Notes: generated by a model not told the origin, from the sequence alone. A stretch of DNA of 64,000 nucleotides from Octopus sinensis (GCF_006345805.1 NC_042998.1:158844001-158908000); one strand, 5' to 3'; shown: positions 40,861 to 52,818, numbered from the stretch's first letter. Program-made: numbers and translations.

Positions 40861-40923
40861 AATCTTTCAGCTGAGCTGTTTCTGGGACATCCTCGAGTAT
40901 GGGATATTCTGTCATCAGAGACA
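40861..40923 (-). ncRNA. Degenerate hammerhead-like motif in a PLE-type repeat
   Basis: gtct-CTGATGA-imperfect stem II-GAAA-cagct(c)agctg-aa-agat; cleavage triplet non-canonical. Confidence 0.4.
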
Positions 40924-41208
40924 AATAGGGAAAAATATGGAAAATGAGAAAGGTATATATTAATGAGATGATAACAAAGAAAAGGGAGTAAAAGAATAAA
41001 GAGATGGAAAGATAGAAGAAAAAAGAAGCATAAAAGTTCATAGTTCAACTTTCCGAAGTTATAGAAACCAGAGCATAAGTCATTAGGTGCAATCCTACGT
41101 AGATCCATGAGAGTAAGTCCTTAGGTGCAATCCTGCGTATGTCCATGTGGGCTGAAATCCTTATATAGTAGACATCTCAAGAAAAAAGACACGAACATAT
41201 AAACGTTC

Positions 41209-41239
41209 GATTTCTTTATTACCCACAAGGGGCCAAAAA
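41209..41239 (-). mobile_element. 31-bp Nin-SINE/LINE tail insertion with perfect 18-bp TSD
   Basis: GGCCCCTTGTGGGTAATAAAGAAATC (-) between ACGAACATATAAACGTTC at 41191-41208 and 41240-41257. Confidence 0.8.
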
Positions 41240-41833
41240 ACGAACATATAAACGTTCAATAACAGAATGGTAGCGTAGGTGGCTATTAAGTGGTAAAAGT
41301 AAAGAAAAGAAATAGAAAAAGAGGTAGATAGAGTGAGATGAGCACTTACCTCGCATAGGTAATCGTTTAGATCACTTGTGAACTAACCCCGATACCGTGT
41401 GTGTATAATATATATATATGTCTCGTTGTGTGTATGTATATGTGAGTGTGTGTGCATGTACATATGTATATGTATATGCAGATCAAGGTGTTCGGCGATA
41501 GAGGGGAAAGAGAGTAAGGAGAGAAGAGAATAGAGGGAATGTTTGTGAGAAAGAGAAAGGAAGATATGGAGAGAATTCTGTAGACACTATGATATATTTG
41601 CAAAACAGCAGCCGAAGTATAACTGTAAAGGGTGTTGGGGTTAAATGTGAGTATTGTATCCTTTTTTCAGAATCATAATGTACTGGTGAACAGCCAACGT
41701 TGGGGAGAAAAAGGATTAAACGTATAGTTGAGGAAAAGTTGGCCGATATGGAGAATGGAAGCCATCTGAATACTGGAAAAGAGTTGCGTATATCATGATG
41801 ATTCGCACCGAATATCATAATGCCGTTATTCAC

Positions 41834-42150
41834 TAGCGTAGGTCTGTGGTCTATCTCTGGGTGAAAAAGGTTGCTGCTGGAAGGAAATATGTGTGGCAGC
41901 AGGATTTACTCTTTGCCATACCTGCGAAAAAATCAGATTGGTTGTCGGAGAATTTCTCCGACTTCACCAGCACCAATTTCTGGCCTCCTCCTTACACTAA
42001 TTGTAATCCCATGGATTACTATGTGTGGGGCGTGGTTGAGAAAATATACATACTGTCCTACCTTCCCACAAAGGCCGAGCTGGTGACCAAATCAAGGAGG
42101 TATTCGGCGATCTTCCTAGAGGCACAGTCAGAAACGCATGCACAAGTTTC
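41834..42150 (+). mobile_element. maT/DD37D-like transposase fragment, truncated by the HHR repeat
   Basis: WVKKVAAGRKYVWQQD..FWPP..NCNPMDYYVWGVVE..VRNACTSF; same family as 11320-12180. Confidence 0.8.
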
Positions 42151-42393
42151 AGTAGCGACACTTGCTGGGTCTGACTACGCTGCATTGATAAAGGGCAACA
42201 ACCCTGAAACATGTCTGCAGATGTCTGACCAGCAAGGTGAAGCGGCTGACCTCCCCTGTTCGAAGATTGTAATGGACGCAGGTTCGTGTGTCATATAGCT
42301 AGCTAGAGGCGATGGTCTCTTGGAGCTAATCAGCGACAGCTTTAGTCTTATATTTATGGACTGCCATATTAGTTTGGCGATAAATATTAATAT
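42147..42393 (+). repeat. 247-bp HHR-bearing direct repeat, copy 1
   Basis: Near-identical to 46513-46759 (offset 4366). Confidence 0.92.
42180..42220 (+). ncRNA. Type I hammerhead ribozyme, U3-A8 core variant
   Basis: ctgca-TTGATAA-aggg(caacaa)ccct-GAAA-catg-TC-tgcag; stem I extends via 42161-42171 with 42227-42236. Confidence 0.7.
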
Positions 42394-42521
42394 CCAGGAA
42401 CGCTGTCGTAATCTCCTTTAGAGAGACTTAGTAATTTTAATATATCTGTTATTGAAAACAAGTGGATGTATTCCACGGAAACTAAGTAAATAAAATCTTC
42501 GAACAGACAGTCAGTAGTGAC

Positions 42522-43360
42522 GGCGTGGTGAAGTTTTTTAGATTTTTTCTCGAAAATGGAATCCCAGACGTATGCGGGTGCAGCAGGCAAGGGCCTGGTT
42601 GCAAACGAATTGCAGTTAGAAGAAGTCATCGTCGAGAAGGAGACGTTGAACAAGTATTTCGTTAGCTTGAAGAAGGAGGGTGTTCCCCGACGAGACGCGT
42701 CTCAGAGTCGTGGTGGAGGGGAGACCCCCAGTGTGTCACAAATGCAAAATAAGAGGCCACATGAAGGATGTGTGTCCGCTGAGAGAAATACAGGAGAAAA
42801 CGATAGCACTGGAGACTTCAACGAATGAGTTGCAAGATGCGTGTGAGGAGGAGGGAGAAATCGTTCCTACAGATAATGCGGAAAGTGGTAAAGAGTTGGA
42901 GAAAGAAAATAGAAAAAGAACGCTGGTGGAATCACCACCTAAAGAACAAAAAAAGAAGAAGAAAAAAGCGAAAAACAAGATTACTGACGAGAAGGAAAAC
43001 CGAACGGGAGAAGAGGATACAAAAGCAGAAGTGAGTGAGCCGGTTAAAACCAACAATAGAGGAAGAATGGATGAGAAATTTGGCAGAGCAGTTGAAAGCT
43101 CGTAAGAGAGGAGGAAGACCCAAGGGAAAGAAACACAGAGTGGTAATGTTATACGACAAGGACAAAAATATGGAAAAGATGTTGCCAGGTAGGAAAGACT
43201 TAATTAGAGTAAATTGTAAAATTGTAATTTAAATGAAACTGCGAGCTTTGGGGGGCTCGTAAGCCGTTCCATCTAATCCATTTCAATTCATAATTTTCGA
43301 TTTTTTTACTTTATGTACCCCACGTCCTCTTAATTCGGGCCTTAGTGCCTATAATAAAGA
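42522..43360 (+). mobile_element. ORF1-only retroelement unit 1 (5'-truncated, internal deletion, intact CCHC)
   Basis: ATG 42556 MESQTYAGAAG; deletion join at ~42680; CHKCKIRGHMKDVC; ends AATAAAGA. Confidence 0.8.
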
Positions 43361-43375
43361 TTTCAGTAGCGACAC

Positions 43376-44837
43376 CCGCTTGTTTTTGTTTTTGGTGACG
43401 GAGATTTCTGATTGCGTTATTTGTGTAGCTGTATTTTTTTGGCGGCGGAAAAATTTTGACTACGTTATTGTGGTGGCGCGTTTCGTGAGATCGAATCCGG
43501 CGGTGGAAGTTGTTACGGCGTGAAAAATTTTATTGAGATTTTTTTCTCGAAAATGGAAAGCCAGACGTATGCGGGTGCAGCAGGCAAGGGCCTGGTTGCA
43601 AACGAATTGCAGTTAGAAGAAGTCATCGTCGAGAAGGAGACGTTGAACAAGTATTTCGACAGCTTGAAGAAGGAGGGTGACTGTGTGAAGGTCACACCAC
43701 CAGAAGAAGCGGAAGAAGCGGAGAAACGGATTATAACGTACAAAACATGGAGCGTGACTTCGAAAAAAATAGAAGTGGCACCGATAGAGGAAGTTGAATG
43801 CTGTCTTAAAGGAATAGAAGGAGAGTCTACCTACTATAACAGAGGTAGAAAGTTCGCAACAGTGGTCGTCCACTTTAAAAGTGAAGACGAGGCGAAGAAG
43901 AACGCAACGAAAATTTTAAAAACTGATAGATGGATGTTTACCAAGCTACTGCGGGAAAAGGGCAGTCAGAATAAGAATAAGCAAGATTTCGCCCGAACTA
44001 AATATGGAAAGGATTTTAGCAGCAGTGGTGTTTAATTGCAAGGAAAACGTGGAAATGTTGAAAGTCGAAAAATCAAAAGATGTAAGTGGTGGGGTTATGC
44101 AGTGCAGGCGTTAGTCCACATTACAATGCCTGACCTGTATAACATCCCGGAGGAGTTGGTGTTCCCCGACGAGACACGTCTCAGAGTCGTGGTGGAGAGG
44201 AGACCCCCAGTATATCACAAATGCAAAATAAGAGGCCACATGAAGGATGTGTGTCCGCTGAGAGAAGTACAGGAGAAAACGATAGCACTGGAGACTTCAA
44301 CGAATGAGTTGCAAGATGCGTGTGAGGAGGAGGGAGAAATCGTTCCTACAGATAATGCGGAAAGTGGTAAAGAGTTGGAGAAAGAAAATAGAAAAAGAAC
44401 GCTGGTGGAATCACCACCTAAAGAACAAAAAAAGAAGAAGAAAAAAGCGAAAAACAAGATTACTGACGAGAAGGAAAACCGAACGGGAGAAGAGGATACA
44501 AAAGCAGAAGTGAGTGAGCCGGTAAAACCAACAATAGAGGAAGAATGGATGAGAAATTTGGCAGAGCAGTTGAAAGCTCGTAAGAGAGGAGGAAGACCCA
44601 AGGGAAAGAAACACAGAGTGGTAATGTTATACGACAAGGACAAAAATATGGAAAAGATGTTGCCAGGTAGGAAAGACTTAATTAGAGTAAATTGTAAATT
44701 GTAATTTAAATGAAACTGCGAGCTTTGGGGGGCTCGTAAGCCGTTCCATCTAATCCATTTCAATTCATAATTTTCGATTTTTTTACTTTATGTACCCCAC
44801 GTCCTCTTAATTCGGGCCTTAGTGCCTATAATAAAGA
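43376..44837 (+). mobile_element. ORF1-only retroelement unit 2
   Basis: 1477-bp period with unit 3; bounded by TTTCAGTAGCGACAC at 43361 and 44838. Confidence 0.85.
43553..44704 (+). pseudogene. Frameshifted ORF1/gag-like protein (RRM-like, zinc knuckle C->Y, Lys/Glu-rich tail)
   Basis: Frameshifts at ~43938 and ~44083; YHKCKIRGHMKDVC; KKKKKK basic tract. Confidence 0.75.
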
Positions 44838-44852
44838 TTTCAGTAGCGACAC

Positions 44853-46512
44853 CCGCTTGTTTTTGTTTTTGGTGACGGAGATTTCTGATTGCGTTATTTG
44901 TGTAGCTGTATTTTTTTGGCGGCGGAAAAATTTTGACTACGTTATTGTGGTGGCGCGTTTCGTGAGATCGAATCCGGCGGTGGAAGTTGTTACGGCGTGA
45001 AAAATTTTATTGAGATTTTTTTCTCGAAAATGGAAAGCCAGACGTATGCGGGTGCAGCAGGCAAGGGCCTGGTTGCAAACGAATTGCAGTTAGAAGAAGT
45101 CATCGTCGAGAAGGAGACGTTGAACAAGTATTTCGACAGCTTGAAGAAGGAGGGTGACTGTGTGAAGGTCACACCACCAGAAGAAGCGGAAGAAGCGGAG
45201 AAACGGATTATAACGTACAAAACATGGAGCGTGACTTCGAAAAAAATAGAAGTGGCACCGATAGAGGAAGTTGAATGCTGTCTTAAAGGAATAGAAGGAG
45301 AGTCTACCTACTATAACAGAGGTAGAAAGTTCGCAACAGTGGTCGTCCACTTTAAAAGTGAAGACGAGGCGAAGAAGAACGCAACGAAAATTTTAAAAAC
45401 TGATAGATGGATGTTTACCAAGCTACTGCGGGAAAAGGGCAGTCAGAATAAGAATAAGCAAGATTTCGCCCGAACTAAATATGGAAAGGATTTTAGCAGC
45501 AGTGGTGTTTAATTGCAAGGAAAACGTGGAAATGTTGAAAGTCGAAAAATCAAAAGATGTAAAGTGGTGGGGTTATGCAGTGCAGGCGTTAGTCCACATT
45601 ACAATGCCTGACCTGTATAACATCCCGGAGGAGTTGGTGTTCCCCGACGAGACACGTCTCAGAGTCGTGGTGGAGAGGAGACCCCCAGTATATCACAAAT
45701 GCAAAATAAGAGGCCACATGAAGGATGTGTGTCCGCTGAGAGAAGTACAGGAGAAAACGATAGCACTGCAGACTTCAACGAATGAGTGGTGAAGAGTTGG
45801 AGAAAGAAAATAGAAAAAGAACGCTGGTGGAATCACCACCTAAAGAACAAAAAAAGAAGAAAAAAAAAGCGAAAAATAAGATTACTGACGAGAAGGAAAA
45901 CCGGACGGGAGAAGAGGATACAAAAGCAGAAGTGAGTGAACAGCTAAAAGCAGTTGAAGAATGGGACAGAAAATTGAAACAGCAGTTGAAAGCTTGTAAG
46001 AGAGGAGGAGGACCCAAGGGAAAGAAACACAGAGTGGTAATGTTATACGACAAGGACGAAAATTTAGAAAAGATGTTGCCAGGTAGGAAAGACTTAATTA
46101 GAGTAAAGTTGACCCCAGGAATATTTGATAAATATTGGAAGGCGGTAATCGTGGAAAAAGAGTCAGTGAAGAAAATGATTGAATATGAAGCATTTGAATG
46201 GTTATATTTACGTTATGACACCTTACCAGCTGATGTGAATCAGGATGGCCTGATGGAGTATATAACAGATGAAAGACCAGACTATACAGAGTGCCCGACG
46301 TAGCAGAGTAATATATGTATTTGTAAAATTGTAAATTGTAAAATTGTAATTTAAATGAAACTGCGAGCTTTGGGGGGCTCGTAAGCCGTTCCATCTAATC
46401 CATTATAAATATCCATTTCAATTCATAATTTTCGATTTTTTTACTTTATGTACCCCACGTCCTGTCTTGTAATGTCCCCTCTTAATTCGGGCCTTAGTGC
46501 CTATAATAAAGA
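44853..46512 (+). mobile_element. ORF1-only retroelement unit 3 (complete 3' end)
   Basis: Bounded by TTTCAGTAGCGACAC at 44838 and 46513; 3' UTR hairpin and AATAAAGA; no RT or endonuclease. Confidence 0.85.
45030..46303 (+). pseudogene. ORF1/gag-like protein, reconstructed length ~440 aa
   Basis: Frameshift at ~45418 and 56-bp deletion at ~45787 relative to unit 2; ends ..DERPDYTECPT*. Confidence 0.75.
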
Positions 46513-46759
46513 TTTCAGTAGCGACACCTGCTGGGTCTGACTACGCTGCATTGATAAAGGGCAACAACCCTGAAACATGTCTGCAGATGTCTGACCAGCA
46601 AGGTGAAGCAGCTGACCTCCCCTGTTCGAAGGTTGTAATGGACGCAGGTTCGTGTGTCACATAGCTAGCTAGAGGCGGTGGCCTCTTGGAGCTAATCAGC
46701 GACAGCTTTAGTCTTATATTTATGGACTGCCATATTAGTTTGGCGATAAATATTAATAT
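46513..46759 (+). repeat. 247-bp HHR-bearing direct repeat, copy 2 (HHR 46546-46586)
   Basis: Same TTGATAA/GAAA core; ends in (TA)n like PLE 3' ends. Confidence 0.92.
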
Positions 46760-47862
46760 ATATATATATACACGTACATATATCCATGTACGGATGTATG
46801 CATGTATGTATATGCTAGTATCCGTATGCCCTCAAAAATGACAATATTTTAAAAGGAATAAGCCGAAACTGGTATCTAATAAGCGTATCGACATTACATA
46901 CATTCCGTATATTTGATACAGACTTCTTCTTACAAATCATCTTATATTGTCAGGCTAGTCTCTGATCAGAGTTCACTTACTAAAAGTGGTATATTATGTC
47001 AATAATCAATATCGCATATATTCTCTCTCTCTATATATATATTAATATAAATACTATTATGACATGCCCACTATATATTACTGGGAAACCAACATTACAT
47101 TATATAATTTTATTCAATATAGGTTCATAGCATATATTTCTTATGGTTAATATGAGTAAGTTTCCATTTAAAATATATATTACAATCTTCATGTACTAAA
47201 ATATCCGCTTTCGTAATGTGCATATATATTAAACATTCCAAACATTGTATATAAACATTGCTGGAAATAATTTACACGATATTTCATTGAGATTTTTCTT
47301 TCGTGTTTTTACTTGTTTATTTGTTTTTTTTTCTTCATGAACATCGGTCGAATGACGCATTAAACTGAAAACGGTGGTGAAGCTTTTGTCAGGTTCCCAT
47401 CTATGGGCTAAATAGATTTCCCATCGGTAGAAGTGCTCTTGGTATATTTGACAAGCCGTGGGGAAAGTATCTCTTCTACAAGACAGATATTCTGATATGA
47501 AACTTTCAGTCAAAATAGTACCAGTCATCTTGCACTGCTTGTCACTGAAAACTACTATGGTGGGTGAAAGAGTTGCAAAATTGTTGTACAAGCTTTTGTC
47601 ACGTAAATCCAATGATGCATTCATTAATGCGAGAAGCGACCATCATCTGACAAGAAGCGGTAATCATCATATTTATACATGTGTGTGTGTGTGTGTGTGA
47701 GTGCGCGTGCGTGTGCATGTGTATGTGCGTGTTTACTTCAATGTATTAATCCCGGGAAAAATTTTCAATGTATATTACTAGATATTAAACAATAATGAAT
47801 AAAATACATGTTTTTTTATCTGGTTTGCAAGATTCTTAATGTGAATTCGTGTGTTGAAAGAA

Positions 47863-48137
47863 ATTTTGTTGTGTCTAAGGAGAGTCAATATGCCAGTATT
47901 ATTAGTCCGTTAGGGAGGCCTCTGTAACGGACTGAGTCAAAAGTCATTGAAGTCGCTAGTAAAAATGAAAGAGCTTAGACAAACAAAAACAAAACAAATA
48001 ACACTGTTTAAGCAAATTATACAAACAATCGATTAGTTAATTGGATATTTAACCAACTGACTGATAAAAGAGTGAAACTGAACCAGTGCATGTGTTAATA
48101 ATATTGGCATAATGACTCACCCTAGATACAACAAAAT
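47863..48137. mobile_element. Small MITE-like element with ~42-bp imperfect TIRs
   Basis: 47863-47904 is reverse complementary to 48096-48137. Confidence 0.55.
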
Positions 48138-48229
48138 ACAAATATGACCCTACGTTTCTCTTACACCAAGCCCATTGGTGAAAAGAGAATACTTAATCCC
48201 CTTTTTCTGGTGGACTTTTTGACAAGTAA

Positions 48230-49400
48230 AAGAGTGTCTGGAGAAATTGTATAGTTTAAGATCTGATTGATACAGATTGAGCTCTTACTCGATATAGAGT
48301 GATTATTTCTATGTTCAATCACCACATTCTGGTTAGCTCTATTTGTAGATCATTAGATTGAAATGATATCTCCATTTATGTGAGATATACATTATTGTCT
48401 GTTGGAAGTGATACTTCGATTAGCTGGCACATCCTTTCATTGTGGTTGTTGACAATAATATCCGGTTGATTAACCTTGATTTTCCTGTCTGTGTTGGTTG
48501 GTCGCTGTTTCAGTTGGAATATTTTTAGTCATACGTTTACATCCTCCCTTCTCTGTTGGTATTTCATGACACAGGCATGAAATCTTAAACTCAGTCATAC
48601 TTGTAAATATATTCGTCTTTGGTTAAACTAGAAACAAAATGGTTAATTGCTTCTTCCCGATCGCCAGATATTCTCAAGTTCCTTAATGTGCTCTGCTTAA
48701 TTACATGTATTTAAGGGTTTCTAATATGAAGGTTCTAATCCTATGCTACAAACAAAAATCCTTCATTCTCAGTTCTGCACGTCTCAACCAATTTTGCGAA
48801 CATATTGTGCCAATGGCCATCTTGTCCCAGTTTCGCAAATATTGATCATGAGGAACTTTTCTTAACGTTTCTTTCGTATGATATTCTGTAGACAATTTTA
48901 GTTTAACATTTTCACTTTCTCTTTTGTAGTATCTCATTTCTCCTTGTAACTGTCTTGTATTTCAGATGCTTGAAGCTAATACACAAATTTTGTTGTTTTG
49001 TCGGTGTTCTGTTGTTATTTATATTAGTTTTCCATTACTCTTACAATTTAACTGTGAATATTTAATTCGCGGTAAATATTATCTCTCTAGGTCAGATTTC
49101 GTAGTGTCATTCTTCTTGTTTTTCTGTCTAGTCTTGCTAGTCCAACAGAGAATATCGCAACTAATTTATTACTGAAGCAGAAAGAGAAGAGTATTGGCGC
49201 CTATTACTTTTTCTAATTCTTTTCCTTTTTTTCTTTGAATTTATCTCTGTTTTAAGTGTTAATCTAATGCGTCTATAATCTTCCTTCCTAAAGCCTTGCT
49301 TCATTTGTGTGCCTAATACTCTATGTAGTCCATTGATTCCTAATGTCTGTTTTGTTCAAAGAGTCGTTGTTACTGACGGATTATTAGCTATTATCGAGGA
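48230..49400 (-). mobile_element. Highly decayed PLE RT/endonuclease
   Basis: MAIGTICSQNW resembles RT motif B (G.AMGT..SP); otherwise fragmented. Confidence 0.35.
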
Positions 49401-49465
49401 TCTCGTTTCAGGTGTTCTTTGATTTCAGATACTTCATATAACAGTAGAAGTTCTTTGTCTCTTTC

Positions 49466-49555
<90 letters not shown>

Positions 49556-50549
49556 CTCTCTCTTTCATTTGTTCAGCTATGTCGATTTGTTATTTATTTC
49601 ATTAAAGATTAAGAGATCTATCTTTTTTCTCTTTATTTGTTCACCATGTTATTTGCTTACGTTCTGATATTCCTACATGAGCAGACCTGACATAGTGTCC
49701 ACTTTCCTTTATAGCTACAGTCGGTGCTATGTATATTATTTCCTTTAACCTGATGATATTGATATCTCCGTTTTCATCATGAGCTCTGTGATGTTCAGAT
49801 TTGCGTTTTTTAGTGTTATTGTTAGTTGAATTTTGGAGAATTACTTTTATTGTTCTTAATTCTCTCATTATTTCCACCTCTATATTATTAGGTGCATAAT
49901 TTTTACATTGAGAATCCCCTATTCTTAAATCTTCCTCGTATTCCATTTTTATTGATACTTTTTCTTTGTGACATTACAGTTCGGTTACTATTACTCAGGA
50001 TTCAGTAAGTATTCTAGGGTTTACTTTGCTATATACGTTGTTCTACACGTTTTAAGACTATTTTCGTGATTCACATTTAAATGTTTTTAGTTTCGTTGTT
50101 CGTTTTGTGTTCGTTATTTGTATTTTTGTTCTTTTTAAGTGTTCAGTTTCGATGTCTAATCATTTCAAAAAGTATCATTTACTAGTCTGCCAGCTCTAAC
50201 GCTTCGTTTGGATCCAGGTTATTTCCTCTCCAAATTTTTATACCAATGTATTATTGTAGCTTTGCTTTAGTGGATAGAGCGTAACTGGAAAAATAGGCGT
50301 ATAACAAACCGCAAACCTAGCACGTACATTTATGCTGATTTTTCTTCTGTTTACGAGACATTATTTAGATCGTCATCATTTTCATCGACCACCGATATTT
50401 TGTTGTTTTGATTTTTCTGATGATATAGGGGTTTTGCAAGCATCATTTTCACAGAGTTTACGCTTCAAATAAAGAGTACACATTACCTTACTATTACTGG
50501 CCTTGGGTTAATACAGTTTTAGTTATATCTATACAAGCGTGCCCTCATT

Positions 50550-50820
50550 CGACTCTGTTTCCTTATAACTTCAAAAAACTGGATGGTCTTTTAATGAAAT
50601 TTTCGACAAATACTTTTCAGGTTGTGCAGATAACGATTATAATGGGATTTGTTGAGAATTTTTTTTTCTTTTTTGGTGGGGGCGGTGATGAGAGGTGTTT
50701 CGGAAAATTCATAAGTGTCGACTTTGTTTTCTCATAACTTTCAGCAAATGGATATTTTGAAATGAAATTATCTACGAATACCTTTCAGATGATGTAGATT
50801 AAGATTATATTTGAAGTTGA
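50550..50820 (+). repeat. Two diverged ~170-bp tandem units (Helitron-like internal repeats)
   Basis: ATAACTT..AA.TGGAT...AATGAAATT...AATAC.TTTCAG at ~50565 and ~50733. Confidence 0.4.
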
Positions 50821-51364
50821 TGTAAAAACGTTGGCGGGCGTGCACACATATGTACAGGCATACATTACATGTCTACAAAATGGGACTTGAAATTCTGAAC
50901 AGTGGGGTAAGCTTGTGTAGGTATGCACAATTTTATTGAATTATTTAACATTTTTGTAGTCTGCGGATGGAAATCAATCAGTCGATGGTTTAAGCTATGC
51001 TCCGATGATTTGTTTATACGTGTCGTCAGATAACCGACCACTATGAATATTTGTGATACATTAATTATATGATGTAATAATCAATAGATAATACAAGTAT
51101 TACTTGCACAGCGATGCTTTAACATTTTCGTGGTGGAAGAGATTTCCCAATTTGATTTCTTTGATTTAATCATCGTAGTTCATTTTTTTTTTTAGCAGTT
51201 AACAAGCTCTCTCTCATAATAAGGCTCCAGTGTTTTATCCTTTTTCTTACTGCTGTTGTGGCTGTTATTGTTGTTGTGGTTGTTGCTGCTGCTGCTCTTG
51301 CTGTTGCTGCTGCTGCTGTTATTGTTGTTGTTGTTGTTGTTATTTTTGTTGTTGTTGTTAGATT

Positions 51365-52759
51365 GACAAAATGTTTAGACAATCGCGCAAATTGCCTTGC
51401 GGTATTTCTCTCGGCTCATTACATTCAGATTTCAGGTCTCACCGATGCGAACTTTGCCTTTCGCTCGTTCCGGGTTGATAAACTAAATTATAAGTCAAGT
51501 ACTAGGGTCGATAGTCTCGACTCGCGATCGAATCCAGTCACTCGGTTAAGATCCCAGAACACTCTTTTATCGGCATAGTCATGGATACGCTTTTTGTATT
51601 AACATATCGCATTAACGTAAGAGATGGTTCATACTTAGTGGTGTCTCGTCTGTCTTTACGTTCTAAGTTCAACAGCCGTCAGGATCGACTTTCATCCTTT
51701 CGCGATAAATGAAATAAGTACCAGTTAAGCACTGGTGTCGATGTAATCGACTTAACCTCTGAAATTACTAACCTTGTGTCAAAATTTGAAACCTAGACTG
51801 ACATTCAAAGATTCAGCAAAAAAGGAACAGGAAGGAGAAAGGATTTGATCATGATAAATGGTAAACCCAAGCGAAAAACCGACCAGTATGGGGAAAGCTT
51901 ATCAAGTCATGCCAAAGCCATGAAGTGCCATAGATAATAGAGAGGATTGGCATAAATCATTTGACCGTCAGATAAAATGCTTTACAGTAACTATTCCGGT
52001 TGTATACGTTCTGTGATCAAATTCCACTGCGATCGATTTTGCTGTTCATCTGTCTGAGGTTAATAAAATGAAGTTTCCTGCCTAGTATTAGGGTCGATGG
52101 TTTAAATAACTCCCTTCTCTCAAGATTGCTGGTTTGAGCAAAAATCAGAAAAGAATATTATTTATAGTTGAATGCAACAGCACGTTCCTGCCTACCTTTT
52201 CTATAACGCAAAGGAGAAAGAAAAAGAGGAAGACAGAAAAATAGAAGAGAAAGAGAGAGCCAGGGAAAAGACAGAGGAAATAAGAAAGAGGAAGAAATAT
52301 GTTGTTAGTAATTGGTGATGGTGGCGACTGTGATGATGTATATTGGTGCTTATGAGTTTATGATGGCTGTTGTTTGTACCTTGTTGATAGTCATAGTAGC
52401 GGTGTATTAGTGGCGACGATGATATTGCACGATGACAATTACTTGCACTGAGACGCAGGCGTTAAACCACATAGTAATTTATAGTAATTTTTTTCTTTAA
52501 GTTTCAGTTCACAGAAATAAGTAAATTGCTCACCGCCTTCAACTCTTTACAGATTACAAAATCTACCATCACCAACTCCATTAACTAACACCAGCCAATA
52601 TTAACACCACTGTTACTACAGTTTTCAGCATTCATACGTACCTGCATACATACATACATACATACATACATACATACATACATACATACAACATACATAC
52701 ATACATACATACATACTTACATACATACACACATACATACATACATACATACATACATG

Positions 52760-52818
<59 letters not shown>

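Noticed and set aside
42240-42345. HDV-like or twister ribozyme in the second half of the HHR repeat
   Set aside because: Stems exist (GCTGA/TCAGC, CCTG/CAGG, AGAGGC/GCCTCT in copy 2) but I could not build the required pseudoknots by eye
43930-43945. Programmed frameshift shared by units 2 and 3
   Set aside because: The 17.5-kb homologue reads through this region in one frame; sharing is explained by unit 2 being a recombinant of unit 3
43361-46527. Repeated 15-mer as a CRISPR-like array
   Set aside because: Intervening sequences are ~1.5-kb paralogous units, the context is eukaryotic and there are no cas genes
42147-46759. Canonical LTR retrotransposon or DIRS element
   Set aside because: Repeats lack TG...CA ends; no PBS/PPT, pol or tyrosine recombinase seen; no outer TSD found
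47229-47624. 131-aa ORF as a host exon
   Set aside because: No recognisable motif or convincing splice context; cannot be excluded without RNA-seq
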